Shown piece by piece: positions 26,909-41,000 of a stretch of DNA of 64,000 nt; within the stretch, counting starts at the first letter, position 1, and the number at the start of each line of letters is the position of its first letter. The stretch spans positions 89,156,001 to 89,220,000 of the forward strand of contig OZ024740.1 in NCBI GenBank assembly GCA_964016885.1. Reading direction: 5' to 3'. The notes under the pieces were generated by a model, which saw only the letters and a program-made list of their open reading frames with translations, was not told where the DNA came from and made no database searches. Source of the DNA: Eledone cirrhosa (Eukaryota). The position numbers and the translations under genes are program-made.

Positions 26909-27210
26909 GTAGGTAAATTTGAAGAGGAGAGGGGTGCACTTTCAGGGTGCTCTCGAAGCGTCGGGTCGTTCAGGACTGGTGGGGTACCTGAGCGAACCCT
27001 AGGTGGTAATCCCCCCTATTGGGGAATTTTGTCTTGTTGTAATTTTCTTGTTACTTTATTGTTACTTTGTTATTGTTACTTTGTTTATTCATATTGTTTA
27101 CTCGATTTTTCTGTAAAACCCCACTGTCCCAGTATTTTCTATTGTCCCCTATATGTCAGCCCTTGTGGCCAATAAATGAAATCATTATTATTATTATTCT
27201 TTATTATTAT

Positions 27211-28450
27211 TGGCGTCCCACCTAGGAAATTATATTATCATGAGCTCCACAAATGTTTGTTGTTTTTAGTTGTTTCAAATTGCCAGTTATGGAAAATTTC
27301 TCTTGTTAAGTGTTTATATGTTCACATATATTGCTTTCTGAAAAGGACACTCAATAATATTGGGACCTTGAGCCCAAAATTGAAACTTAATATTTATCAA
27401 ACAAAAAATTTCTTTGAAAAGAAAACATGGACGGCATTGAGCCACCTAAATCTGGTGTTTCGAACAGACTAACATCCCCCACCACCACCAGTACCATTGT
27501 AAACCTTGCCACGGTTGCATACTCACATGGATTTCCCGCCATTACCAATGTCTACAGGTGTTAAAACCGCCATCCCCACCACCAAAATGTCAAAAAGTAC
27601 AACCAACACCACTGATACTACCACCATCACCACCGCCAACACCACTCCCACAGCAACAACTAAAACAAAAAATAAATTACTCGTGATATCGAAATGGATT
27701 CTCCGAAAATCGACTCTTCCACGCCGAACACCACTGACACCACGACAACTGAAATAAAACTAATAACAAAATATAAATAACAATAACAGCAAAAATAAGA
27801 ATAACAACAACAACATCAACACCAGCGCAAAACCAAATGTTTCGTTTGCTAAAGCGGCAAAAAATGAAACGGTTGAGGTTAGCCAGGAAGAATTGAATGA
27901 AGCCAAACGAATGGTAAAGAAAAGATGGGTACAGCCACCCCCATCTAATAAAATGGAGCATCGGCGCCTATGCACCGTGTCATATCGAACGATAAACACA
28001 AAATTACGCCAAGTGGAACAGGTATCCGAGTCCCAGATACAAAAAGCATTGGGACATGTGTGGGCGCAAAAAAACCAACTTCAGTCGTGGGCAGAAATAT
28101 GGAACTGTGGACGTGTTCTTTGGAACCCCACAGGAGCCAGGGAGCACTCTATGGCTCCATTAAGAAGTAACGAGTTCACACTCGTCCGAAGCTGCTGTGA
28201 TCAGAGACTCGTGAAGATCAGGGTGACCCACGTCCACCGGCCATTGAAATTCTCTGGCTAGTACCTGCCGTCCTCGCCGACATCGAGGCCAACACTAAAG
28301 TAATTGAGGTAACAAAAGTAAGGCAGAAGAACTGCTCCGGATCTGGGATGGAGCTCTTGAACCAAGCGGACCCAAAAAACATAGATGATATTCCAGAGGT
28401 GATAGACCTCAATGACGGCAGCCACCTCACCATAATCGTTGAGGGTAGAA
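27211..28450 (+). mobile_element. Tx1/L1-clade copy E3: 5' UTR and first part of ORF1 only
   Basis: Aligns by eye to E4 35996-37098 (tatcatgagctcc, DFPPLP, NKMEHRRL, DLNDGSHLTIIVEGR); homology stops at ~28450. Confidence 0.85.
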
Positions 28451-30667
28451 AGGAATACTTATTGAGTATGATACAAAAAACAAATGAATTCATTCGACGT
28501 GTCAGGTGGAAAACGCTCCACGATGATAGAAGCCGTATGAACTCACCATCAGAAAGTGGTGTAAACAACAAATTTGGTTTTAAAACGTGTAAAAACCCAC
28601 CCACTAACCCACTATTAGATGCATTTTAGCAGGACCTTATGGACTTAATCCTTAAAATTAAATTCAAGGGACGTAACACCAACAACAAACTGCAGAAAGA
28701 TATTAAAAAACTACTGGACGACCTTAAAAACACCAAAGGAATTGTAGTAAAAGCGGACAAAACATCTAACCTGTATACTATGGACTGCACGACATACAAC
28801 AACATCATTCGAAAAGAATTACATAAAAAATATAGAAAAACGAGTGAAGTAACCCTTAAGCACATCAATGATGAGGCATGCGAAATAGTGAAAAATCTCG
28901 GAATCGAAGATAGGACAGGACCACTCTTACCGGCGGTACCCACCTTCAATCTTAAGGACCACAAGGTAAACTTTGATAATGACCCTAAAATTAGATTAAT
29001 CTGCCCCTCTAAATCAGATATAGGTAAAATAAGCAAATATATCTTAGATAGAATCATCCCCCGAATTAAGGCTAAAGTTAATATTAAACTCTGGGGGAGG
29101 ACCCAAGAAGCAATTAGATGGTTTAATAGCATTAGCAATAAGAATAAATCTAAGTTTATCCAGTTTGATATCGATGAATATTACTCATCGATATCACCTA
29201 AAACTCTGAATAGAGCCATTGAGTTTGCTGAGGATAACTCTGACCTTACAAACGAAGAAATTAAGATTATATTAGAAGCTAGGAAAACTATAGTCAAATT
29301 TGAGAACAGTTATTGGGTTCGTAAATATAGACCCTCCAACTTTGACGTAACAATGGGCTTCTAACGATTCGGTGGAAATAACTGATATTGTGGGGTTATT
29401 TATCGCCTTTAGACTCCAGGAAAAATTCAGTAATCTCCACGGTGGAATATACCGCGACGATGTTCTCCTCCTAGTTAAAAACCTAAATAACCAAAAACTA
29501 GAAAAACTACGCAAAGATATAAGAAAACTACTACTTGAAATAGGACTAACTATAACATATGAATACAACCTTAAGTAGTTAACTTCCTGGATGTCACATT
29601 CAATTTAAACTCTGGTCTGATTAAAACGTTTTATAAATTGAATGAAAATCTCAAGTACGTAAATGTTGGGTCTAACCACCCCATCTCTATAATTAAATCT
29701 ATCCCTAAAAATATTTCCCTTAGAATCTCGGGTCTATCTTCTAACATACAAGTATTTAAGGAACACGCCGAGTACTACGATAACGCCCTTAGTAAAGCAG
29801 GCTACCTCAACAAATTAGAGTATATAGATAAAAACAATCAAAACACCCAAAATAAATCCCACATAAGTAGATATAATAACACAACACCAAACCACACTTA
29901 CTACCATAGTATACACACCAGTAAACCAACAAACAAAACTAATAGAAAGCGATGCAAAGAGTACTTATGGTATAACCCTGAATACAATATCTTCCATTAG
30001 TACAAATTTACCAGTACTCTTCTTTAAAATAGTTAAGAGACATTTTCCTACATCACACAAATACCACAAAACCCTAAACCCTACCACTATAAGACTGTCA
30101 TACTCTACAGCGTTAAACACTAAAAACTTAAGTACAAAGAACACACAAAAAAGTAGACAATACACTACAGAACATAAATAAACCACACCTAAGTTCTTCC
30201 GCATTACTACTCCAGAGAAAACCCTACGTACACAACTGTAACTGCACATATCCTGACAACTGCCCACTCGGCAATAACTGCCTGGAAAAAAATATCATTT
30301 ATAAGTGTACCATTAAATCCGGAGGCAACGAGTGGTATTACGTGGGATTAACGGCAACATCGTTTAAATCTCGATTATATAGGCATTCTTACTCAATAAA
30401 ACACCAGAGCCAAAGAAATGTAACAACTTTAGCAGAAAAAGCTTGGACGCTCAGGGATAGCGATCAAAAGTTTACCATAAATGGGAGAAATTAGCTAAAA
30501 CCCAAAGCTTTTCGATGAGCCAAAATTTCTGCAAATTGTGTAATCTTGAGATATATTACATAATCACACACAAGAAGAAATTGCTGAATAACAGAATTGA
30601 ACGAACATTATTCTGCCGTCACCGAACTAAAACCCTTTTTTCCCACTACAAGCTGAATATTACATAA
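28451..30667 (+). pseudogene. PLE RT-endonuclease polyprotein, few disruptions
   Basis: FIRRVRWK, KADKTSNLY, KDHK, FIQFDI, FDVTMG, IYRDD, NFLDVT, SNHP, WYNP, CNCTYPDNCP (CxCx5C), IIYKC..YYVGLT..FKSR..H, CKLC..E, LLN.R, CRH. Confidence 0.9.
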
Positions 30668-31483
30668 AAGAGGGACATCCCCCCAACTATATAAACTTCA
30701 ATCTAGTTAGAAAAATATAAAAACAATCTTTTCTCAACATATATATGTACATTAATAACCTTAAATTACCACACTAATAATGGAAAGATATGCTGATGAG
30801 AATAGATGCAAATATGCTATAATGAATGTGTATAAAAGCGACCATAAGTATGTATATATTTGTGAAAATGTATATAAATAAGTAAATATATATATATGTT
30901 TGATGTGTATAGTTAGATATAAGTGTATTCATGTATTAAAGTGTTTATATATATATATATACACATAGACTGGAGTATGTATGTATATATGTGTGTGTCT
31001 ATATGTGTGTATATAAAGATAAGTTGAGTATGAAAATGTATACACATGAGCGCGTATGTATGTACATGTATATATGTATATATATATATATGTGTGCATG
31101 TGTATATGTATGTAAGTATGAGCATGTAAGTATGTGTATGTGAGTATATGTATTTTTTAGAGGTGTGCATATATGTTTGTGTGTGAATGCGTGGGCGAAA
31201 GGATACGTAAACTTGAAACAAAAATTTAAGTCTGAATGTAATTAAGTGCAAACACAAAACCAACCATGCATATCTATACTATCTCTAATCCTTCTATAGA
31301 TTTAGAAAAATAACCAATAATATATTGTATAAAGATGTCAAAACAACAGATGGGAATCTAATTACTCACTGCCACCAAAAATTCTTACTGCTATCAAAAA
31401 ACCACTCCCTCAACTATTCTTCTAACAACTTCACCCCTCCCTCCTAATATTCTCTATAAAAACCAAACAGGTCCTCAGTAAAA

Positions 31484-31604
31484 TTATTCTGATGAAATGA
31501 CAGTTGATAATAACATTGACATATTGAATGTCTCCATAACTAATACTTTGTAGATAGCAGCTGTTTTCAGGTTATGTAACTGTTATAGAAACACGTGTCA
31601 ATAA
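31484..31604 (+). ncRNA. Type I hammerhead ribozyme with long stem II insertion
   Basis: ttatt-CTGATGA-a-atgacagtt..(~70 nt)..aactgttat-a-GAAA-cacgtg-TC-aataa; stems I and II pair, stem III is palindromic (acacgtgt). Confidence 0.8.
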
Positions 31605-31638
31605 ATTCCTTTTAACTAAACTGTATCCATTTAAATCC

Positions 31639-31671
<33 letters not shown>

Positions 31672-31674
<3 letters not shown>

Positions 31675-34600
31675 TATGAATATCAAGCCACTACCTGCAG
31701 CCTCAGAAATTCAGGACGTATCGGAGGATTCTTGCTGTTCACAGCAAGCATGCCTTTTGAAGCCTTCCAAAAAGCGTGGCGGGCCAATTTTCTTTAACCA
31801 TCCCTGGACACTTTTTGAGATAGTACCTAGTGCGCCTATGACAATCGGGACCACTTTTACTTCATGGCAGTTCCAAATCCTTTTTACCTCCCACTTTAAG
31901 TCCTGGTATCGGTTAATTTTCTCCCTCTCCTTCTCTTGCACTCTCGTGTCGAATGGGCATGCCACATCCACAATCAGAAACGATCTTTTTTCCTTGTCCA
32001 AAACCTCCATGTCAGGTCTATTTTGTTCCAGTTTCTTGTCCGTCTGTATCCTAAAATCCCACAACACCTTCACCTCATCGTTTTCTATCACCGACTACGG
32101 CTTATGCTCATACCACTCCTCAGAATGTGGTAAATTGTTTACTTTGCATAGGTGCCAGTAGATCACCCTGCCTATCACATCATATCTTCAGCCTTTATAA
32201 TGAGTCTGAGCTAGGTGTTTACACTCGGATACAATGTGAGACACAGTCTCCTCTCTCTCTCCACAGATCCTGCACAGTGGCCTAGCCTTGTAAATATGGT
32301 GTTTCGACCACTTCGTTTTGAGGGCCTGCTCTTGCGCAGCCATTAACATTCCTTCTGTAGCCTTTTTATGGTCTCCTCTTCTCACCAGTTACATGTATCT
32401 GGATCTCTGAATTCAGTTTTATCAAAGAAGGTACTATGAAGGGATTTTTCATGAAGGCTGCTCTTTCTCCTTGTTGCTATTTCCTCCTTGGACATCCCCT
32501 GGTCTATTGTCCTCTCCTTCAGTACAATTCTGAGCATTGGCTCCTTACTATCAGTCACGTATTTGTGTAGGTTGTTTTTCTCCATCTGAACACAGTCCTC
32601 TATGCTGATAAGACCTCTTCCACATTCAGATCTCCTTAAGTAGAGTCTATCGACATCGCCCTCTTGTGGAACAGGTTGTAGATAGTAAATAGCTTCCTAG
32701 TCTTCCTATCAATTTCTTTTTGTTCGGCAAAATTCCATTTCAGAATTCCCGCACTGTACCTAATAATAGACACAGCTCGGGAATTTACTGCACTTATGGC
32801 ATTCCTACTGTTCAGATGTGACTTTAATACGCTTCTTACTCTCCGAATGTATTCAGATCTTATCAATTCCTTCATTTTTTGTTCTTGATGTCATCAGCCT
32901 CCAGAACACCCAAATAGTTGTATCCTTCTTCAGTGTCAATTTCCTTTATCATCTCACCTGTTGGTACCCGGATTCCGTTGCTTCTGCTCAATTTACCCCC
33001 ACTTCATCACAAGCACACCACACTTACTAATACCAAATTGCATGCATATATCATTGCTGATAATACGGACAGTATCAACAAGCACATCCAACTCCTTCTC
33101 ACTCTTCCCGAAGAGCTTAAGATCGTCCATGAGAGGAGGTGATTGATGGTAAGCTCTCCCTTGCCCAAATTGTATCCTGCTCTCACTTTTCGCAGTATAA
33201 TGGTCAGCGGCATCAGGGCAAGGGCAAACAACAGAGGGGACAGACTATCTCCCTGGAGGATACCTCTCTTGATCTTCACAGGATTCTCCAGCTGATGTTA
33301 ACTCTGTTTTCCATGACTTCATACTTTTTCCCAACAACTGTTTGATGTTATCTGCCATCTTGAATATCTCTAGGCTTTTGATGATCCAAGAATGCGGCAC
33401 CATGTCAAATGCCTTTTTGTAGTCTATCCATCCTATGGCAAGACCAGTGTGTCTCCTCTTGCAATTCCTCATTACCATCTTATCAATAAGTAACTGGTCC
33501 TTTGTACCACGGGACTTTTTCGGCATCCTTTCTGTTCGTCCGGTAACAAGTTGTTTGTATGGAGGTGATGGTAGATTTCCTCAGACATACTGCTTGTCAA
33601 CAGTCTCCACATTACGGACAGACATGTGATAGGTCTATAGTAGGTAAAATAATTACCCTTGATTCGGTCTTTCATTACCAGAACTGTGGTACCTTTTGTC
33701 AACCACTCTGGTACATCACCTGACATCAAGCAGTCATTGAACATGGTTGTCAGTTTCGGGTGGAGGGATGTTATATTTTTAATCCAATACACCTGAACAC
33801 CATCTGGGCCTGGTGATTTCCAGTTGGTTAGTTTTTTGGCCTGCCCCTTAATAGTTTCAACTGTGATACTCAAATCAGTTTGTTGGTGTGCCTGTTCACT
33901 AATCTCCATCTGTATTGTCTCAATCCACACTGGTCATTATGTTTAACATCCTGCTCCCATATTCCTCCCCAGAATGTCTTAGTTTGTTCCGCCTCAGGGA
34001 TCAAGTCATTGCCTGTTTCTTTCCCTTTAAGCTGTCCAAACAGCATCTTCTGGTTGTTGTGAAACATGCGGTTCTGTTTATACTGACTGACTCTGCTCTC
34101 GTATCGCCTAATTTTTGCACTCTTTGCTACTATGCGTTGCTTCAGTTCCTCTATGATAATATTTAGCTTTTTCCTCCTAGTTTTGTACTTTATTTCCAGT
34201 CTATTTTTAGTATCTGAGGTTTTAGTGTCCCATTCAGTAGGGACTCAATCTTTCCAATGTCATTTCTCATTTCCCTGATTTGACCATTCAGTCGTTTCTT
34301 CCACCAAGGTTCTGATCTTTCTTGTTTTTTGTTTCCTCTCGCTTTTATGCCAAGTAATTTCCTCACCGCATTTGCTGTTGCTTTGAGGATATTTTTGCAC
34401 TGGTGAAGGCTCCTCGCCTCAAGGTATTGGATGACTTTGTTTACCTTAGCTGTTGTTTCTTTTAACTTTTTCCTGTCTACAAACTTAGGTTCATAGGTCT
34501 CCCACTATCATTGTTCAATTCGTCGACCACTAAATTTAGTATATCAACCAAATCCTGTCCTAGCCTGTCAGCATTCAGCTCCTCAATGGCCGTATCGTTG

Positions 34601-35103
34601 TTCCATCTATGATTTATTTCAGCATTCAGATCATTGTCTGCTTCGGATGGGTCCTCCGTTCTCTCAACCTCTTCACCTTCATTTCCCACTGGCTTGTTTG
34701 CCTGGCATACTCCACCCTCCATCTCCAAGCTAATCTCTCTGCTCAGTTCCTCCAGTTTCAGCTCGCTTATCCACCCATTAGTTCTCATTACCCGAGCCTG
34801 CTCGGCCAATTTTTGTTCATCTAATTTAAATAGACCAATCTCATTCCAGATGTTATGAATCCGTTTCCTATAGCCTTTCTCCTTGGGGTTACTCTTCAGG
34901 TAACCTTGCATAACATTTCTATTCAATTCTTTCGTCCAGTTGGTTCTGGTCCCTTTCCTTCTTCTTCTTCCTCCGACACCAGCAGTATTTGGCTGACATC
35001 CAGGTCCCTGATGCTAAGCCAGGGAGCACCTGCTGAGTGAGAGTCTGTCGCATGACATTCCAGTCTCCACTTCACCGTTATTCGAACTGTTTAGGTTCGA
35101 CAT
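31672..35103 (-). mobile_element. R4/Dong-like non-LTR retrotransposon (RT + restriction-like endonuclease), near full length, decayed
   Basis: [116 protein letters not shown]. Confidence 0.92.
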
Positions 35104-35199
35104 TTAAACACTCTTATCGAGGATTGGTAAATGTATAGCTTACATAACCACCGGTGATATTAGTGTGGCACTATCACGCTGTAGACGAACATAAATAAA

Positions 35200-35959
35200 C
35201 AAACAAACAAATAGGTAAAAAAAAAACAAAAAAGAATAAGCATAAGCTTCATTGTAATGTAATGTTTGAATGTCTGACTTAGTTTTTTTTTTCTCTGTGT
35301 CTGTGTGTTTTTCTTTTCATTTTTCTTTTCTTTACATTTTTCATTGTTGCTGTGCTGTTTTGATTTTGATTTTTGTCTTTTTGATTTTTTGACCGGGTCA
35401 TCAAATCAGTCTATTTATATCTGTTGATGCCTTCCTCTTTTAGTGGGCTCACTACGATGCATGTCTTAGCAAGAGGTAGTGGGAGAGAATAGCGGCGGTA
35501 GCGATAATGAGGCGGTGGTGGTGGTGCTGTGCTACTAGTACTTAGCCGGAGGTAGTGGGAGAGAATAGCTGCGGTAGGGATAATGAGGCAGTGTGGTGGT
35601 GATGTAATCGTAGTGCTGTAGTGATGGTGTTGAAGTTGATGTAGAAATAGAAGTTGAGACATGGTAGTGGAGATGGTGGCGGTGGTGGTGTTGGTGGTGA
35701 AATTATTGTCCACTTAGCCATTTTATGCCATTTATCTCTTTTTTGACTATAACATTTCTGATCCAATAATAAATATTAAATATTTGGGCCCTATGCCGTA
35801 AAGTGATGCGCTGTGGCTTGCTGAGCGTTAAAAACTGTAATCTTGTACTTCATTTGTAATAAGAATGATTCTATCACAGTTGTTTTAAATAAGTAAAAAT
35901 CAAACACTTACGGGAGCGATTCCATAACAATATATATCCACCATGTGCGTTTTGTTCCC

Positions 35960-35960
<1 letters not shown>
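35200..35960 (-). mobile_element. Possible Tx1-like 5' module (UTR + low-complexity ORF1 start), head-to-head with E4
   Basis: Minus strand after (TAA)n reads cgctcccgtaagtg, ggcccaaatatttaa and aaaatggct, then a Thr/Pro-rich tract, echoing the E1/E2 leaders; no diagnostic domain. Confidence 0.4.
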
Positions 35961-35996
<36 letters not shown>

Positions 35997-36210
35997 GGCG
36001 ACCTACGTAGTAAATCGTATCATCGTGAGCTCCGCAAAATTTGTTATTTTCAGTTGTTTAAAATTGCCATTTATGGAAATTCTTTATTGTTAAGTGTATA
36101 TAAGTGCACATACATTGATTTCTCAAAAGGACACTCAAAAATATTGGGGCCTTGAGCCTAAAATTTAAACTTTTTATAATTATCAAACAAAAATGTTTCT
36201 TTGAAAAATC

Positions 36211-37980
36211 ATGGATGTCTCAGATTCACTCCTTCCTCACAATCTAACACCTCACAGTGACACCGCCATTGTAAATATTGCTACGTTTGCCAACACTGGA
36301 AATGTAAGCAGTAGCAATATTTTTAATTTGTCTCTGGCAGACGTTCATTTCCCGCCATTACCAATGACTGCAGGTGTTAAAGCCGCCACCCCCACCACAA
36401 CTGAAACTAAAATTAACAATAGCAAAAATAACGATAACAACAACAGCAACAATGAAATTAAGAAAACTACCCTGAGTTTTGCCAGAGTAGAAAAACGTGC
36501 GAAGCGATCCAGGTAACTCAAGAGGAATTAGAAGAAGCCAAAGGAATGGTAAAGAAAGATGGGTACAGGGTCAGCCTCACCCCACCCCCGACCTAATAAA
36601 ATGGAGCAACGTCGCCTAAGCACCGTGTCTTATCGGACAATTAACATTAAATCGCGCCGAGTGGAACGGGCATCCGAGTCCCAAATCCAAAATGCTTTGG
36701 GACATGTGTGGGCAAATAAAACCCACATCAAAATTGGGCAGAAGTATGGAACCGTGGACGTGTTCTTTGAAACACCACAGGAGGCCAGAGAAAACTCCAT
36801 GACGCCATTAAGAAGTGACGACTTCACACTCGTCCCAAACTATTGTGGCCAGAGACTTGTGAAGATCAGGGTGACCCACGTTCCACCGGCATCGAAATTC
36901 CCTGGCTAATGGCTGCCGTCCTCGCCGGCATCGAGGCCAACACCAAGATATTTGAAATAGCGAAAGAAAAGGAGGAGAACGGGTCCGGATAGGGGATGGA
37001 GCTCCTGATCCAAGCCGACCATAAAATCATTGAGGAGATCCCAGAGGTAATAGACCTCATTGACGGTAGCCACCTCACCGTAATCGTCGAGGGCAGAAGA
37101 CCTAGGTGTGTCGTTTGTGGTGAAGGAACCCACCTAAGGGCTTTCTGGCCTCAGGCTAAAAGGTTGAGGCCTTCTCTCTTACCCCCCAGTGACTCAACCA
37201 TCAACACTACCAGTAGCAGAGATGGCAGCAACAACTGTAGCAGTAACAACAGAAGCAACTGTAACAGCAACAACCCCAGCAACAGTAGCAAAACCCCCAC
37301 CCCCACAACCCAACGCACCAGAACTAGCACTAGCGCCTACACCATCCACCACGCCACAACCAAAACCAACGCCTGTGGAGGATTTTCCACTCCCCGGCTA
37401 ATCGCAACTGGAGACAGATTGTGACGACGAGGAGTGGGAAACGGTATCAGGAAAAAAGAAAAAAAGAAACCAAAAAAGACAAACATTCTCTTCCTTCCCC
37501 CTCCAAAAACAAAATACAGAGGGAAACAAATAAATTATCAAACCAAAAAGTTAGGACAGATATGCCACCATCCACACCAGCATCACCAACCCCATCACCA
37601 CAAACACCAACACCACAAAAGTCACCAAAAAGCGTAACAGAAACAAACACACAACTAACGCAAACAAAACAAAACAACCAAAACGATACATACTACACAG
37701 CATTAAATTAGAACAACCAATTATTACACTACATGCAACACAACACCAGCATCATAGACAAAGACTACACAACAACCAAAATGTTCACACTACCTCCACA
37801 CATACAAACCACTCGCATCACACAGAAACGAACACGACACTAAAACAAAAATTCCCCAAATACATCAGAGACTTCCGACAAACACTCTCCAGGAGGATTT
37901 ATAAGTACATCCTTCCGGAGGAGGCCACGAGCCGTAAAAAGGATGAAGAAACCATCCTTCCTCTACTAGAAGTAAGGTAA
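36211..37980 (+). pseudogene. E4 ORF1 (gag-like)
   Basis: HFPPLP, LSFARV, VEGRRPRCVVCGEGTHLRAFWP (CX2CX4HX4C with last C mutated). Confidence 0.75.
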
Positions 37981-38014
37981 GTGGTTTTTCCCATCTTTTC
38001 CACTCCATTTCAAC

Positions 38015-41000
38015 ATGACCTCACTCAGAATAGGCAGCATAAATGCGCGTGGCTTGGGGTCGTCGTGGAAGCAGGGCCACCTGCTCAACGACCTCAGGTC
38101 ACTAAACATAGATGTAGTGGCCATCAGCGAGACCAGAATCTCTGAAGCACGGGCCTTCGCACCGATCTCCGGCGGCTACAAAGTGTACGCATCTCCCAGG
38201 CGTCCGGGATCGGGGGGGGGGGGGAATCGCTGTGCTTTTTAGGAGAGGTTTGGATCTCGCCATACGGGCCATCTTCCTGGACCCAGAAGGCAAGTTGGTG
38301 GTTCTAGATGTGACCAGCGGAGACGGACAAGCTTTCAGGCTAGTGGCCGTCTATGCCCCGACAGAAGCAGGGCGGCCTGATTTCTTCCGGCGTCTGGAGA
38401 CCTTTCTTGGAACTCCCGCTCTTTAGTTTTAGTGGGCGAGTGGAACGGGATCTTAGATGCACACTGGGACTGTGTGGGATTAGCGGATAGGGGAGGAGGA
38501 TGCAAGAGCCTCACCAACCTGCTCAGGCGTTTTGAACTGTCTGACAGCTACCGATTGGATTTCCCGAATGTGCCAATGTGGACTTGGACAAATCGTATAG
38601 GGTCATCCAGATCATATCTAGATAGAGTATTTTGTAGAGAAATAGATAGGTATAGCATAGGCTGTCCACAATTCAAGATAGTCAGCTACACGGACCACAA
38701 ATTCGTGATCTGTTTGCTTGTCTTAGATAGGCTTCATAGACGAGCACCCGGCTACTGGAAGCTAAACGCGTCCTTACCAGCGCGCAAGCCTACAGAGACC
38801 GGGTTAGCGAACTAGTTAAGCGGGCGTTGACGGTGGCCATCGTCAACAATAAGTGGTGGTTTACTCTGAAAAGAGCAATTAGAATAGAGTTCATTAGGTT
38901 TAGTAAGGCTTTAGCAATAGAGAAAATTAGAGCAGAGGGAGAATTAGTTAGAAAATTAGAAAAGGCGCTTAGCAAAGGCATCGCGACCGACGTACTTGCT
39001 GCGAAATTGGCCCTTGACCAATTCTTCAATGTAAAGCACGAAGGCTGCGTTGTCAGAGCTAGGGTGCGTGCTCTCAGACACGACGGGACGAAGCCGTTCA
39101 ATGGGCCCGAGTGGCGGAGGCGCGTCGTGGCAACAAAGCCACGATCCGGTCTCTGGTGGAAAACGACGGGCGCAAGCTACTCGATCCCGGGCAAATGTGT
39201 GAAGCTTTTCAGCGACACTTCGCTCAGTTGTTCGGTGGCAGCGGCGGGCCCGATCTAAGGATGGACTTTAGTGTCTACCTCGACGGACTGCCGCAGCTCT
39301 CGGCCACTGAAGCCGAGTGTTGCGAAAAGCCGATAACAGCCGCTGAAGTACGGGAGGCAATGACTAGCTGCACAAGGGGCAAATCGCCTGGTTTGGATGG
39401 TCTGCCCTATGAACTTTACGTACATACGCCAGACTTGTTCGGAGGCCTCTTGGCGGACGTCTACTGCATCTGGCAACAGAACGGGAATATTCCCACCTCT
39501 GTGAGCCGAGGAGCTGTGGCGCTGCTGAGAAAGGATCCGAACAAGGGGGATAGCATATATAATTTTAGGCCCATAACTCTGCTAAACGCAGAGTTCAAGA
39601 TTTTGGCCCAGGTGCTAGCAAAAAGGTTGGCGCTTGTCGTTGGTGGTCTGGGGGGAGAGGCACAGACATGCGCCATTCCCGACAGATCCATCCATGACAA
39701 CCTCCACCTCATGCGATACATCGTAGAGAGGGTAGCTAGGGAAGCTGGCACGGGAGGGTCCTTGATCAATTTAGATCAGTCGAAAGCTTTCGATAGGGTC
39801 GACCATGCACAGTGACATCTGCTCTGTGGTGAGAGTGAACGGTCACCTTTCGGAACCGTTCAACATCATGCGCTCGGTCCGCCAATGATGTTCCCCTCTC
39901 GTCCCTCTTGTACGTATTGACACTCGAGCAATTACTGCACAAACTAGGATGCGGAAGATCCGGGTCAGCATATGCGGACGATGTCACCCTAGTGGTGTCG
40001 AACGCCAAACCTATCGAGGCGATCAGCACTACACTAAGAGAATACGAAGCGGTGACAGGAGCAATGATCAACCAGGAAATGTCAGTGGGCCTGCAGCTCG
40101 GCACCTGGAGAGGCAGGTCCATGCCGTCTAACACCGTCGTGGGGCACTGGACGGTCGGACCGGTTAAATTTGTCGGCGTCTGGTTCGGTCCGGATCTCCA
40201 GACGGACAAAAACTGGGACGAGGTGACGAGCAGGGTGGCTTATCTCAGCCAGAAATTGGCAAGGAGGAATCTATCCCTGAATGGTCGTGCAGAGGTGGCT
40301 AACGCGTATATCGCGTCCGTTATCTACTACCGCCTGACCGTCGTACCTTGTCCTAAGACCAGGCTGACTGCGCTGGAGCGTTTGCTCTTTCGCTTTTTGT
40401 GGAAGGGACGCGCTCCGATGGTCAGGCGGTCCATCTGCTGCCAACACTCGCTACGTTGAGGGCTGGGAATGCCGTCGCTGATGATGCGCAGACACGCGCT
40501 CAGGCTACGACATTCCCACCTCTTCCTCGACGGTGATCAGGTGGTGTCGCAGTTTGCCAGACGCGTCTTTCCCCAGCTTATCTCCTTGACGGAGCTGCAG
40601 TCTTGGGTCAAGTGAAGACCGAGAGGGAGCGCTTGGAGACTGGAATGTCTTCAGGCGCTCACAGCCCTCGACCAATCGGGCAATGTGATCGGTGGAAACT
40701 ATAGAGGATTAGTGGAGGGGAAGAGCAACAACGTACTTGGGGAAACTCTAGGCGTCGACGAAAATCAACTCGCCAATCTCTTCGGAAGAACTTTCGGGCC
40801 AGGGCCTTTGGACAACTTCCAGAAATCCCAGGCCTGGCAGTGCTACCGAGGAGCTTTACCAGTTCGGGATAAACACTACAGGAATGGAGGTGCCATCAGC
40901 CTGGCATGTCCGAGATGCGCGCAGGGCGAAGAAACCGTCCTGCACGCAATCGCCCAGTGTCGGAGCATTGCTGACTTGTGGGTTTATGTCGAACACCTGC

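Larger units (their letters stand above)
21330..27182 (+). mobile_element. Tx1/L1-clade LINE copy E2, full length, decayed
   Basis: 5' UTR, ORF1, ORF2 (APE-RT-CCHC) and AATAAA at 27171; (TTA)n on both sides. Confidence 0.92.
28451..31640 (+). mobile_element. Penelope-like element with RT and C-terminal GIY-YIG endonuclease (probably Hydra clade) plus 3' pLTR region
   Basis: Coding 28451-30667, long AT-rich 3' region, hammerhead at 31484-31604, ends in (TA)n. Confidence 0.88.

Noticed and set aside
28451-30667. Selenoprotein-encoding Naiad-type PLE
   Set aside because: The endonuclease is C-terminal, the CxCx5C cysteines are TGT/TGC, and the in-frame stops I read are TAG or frameshift-derived rather than TGA at Cys positions.
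30793-30870. CTGATGA as a further hammerhead
   Set aside because: I could not find a GAAA-stem III-UH segment with paired stems I and II.
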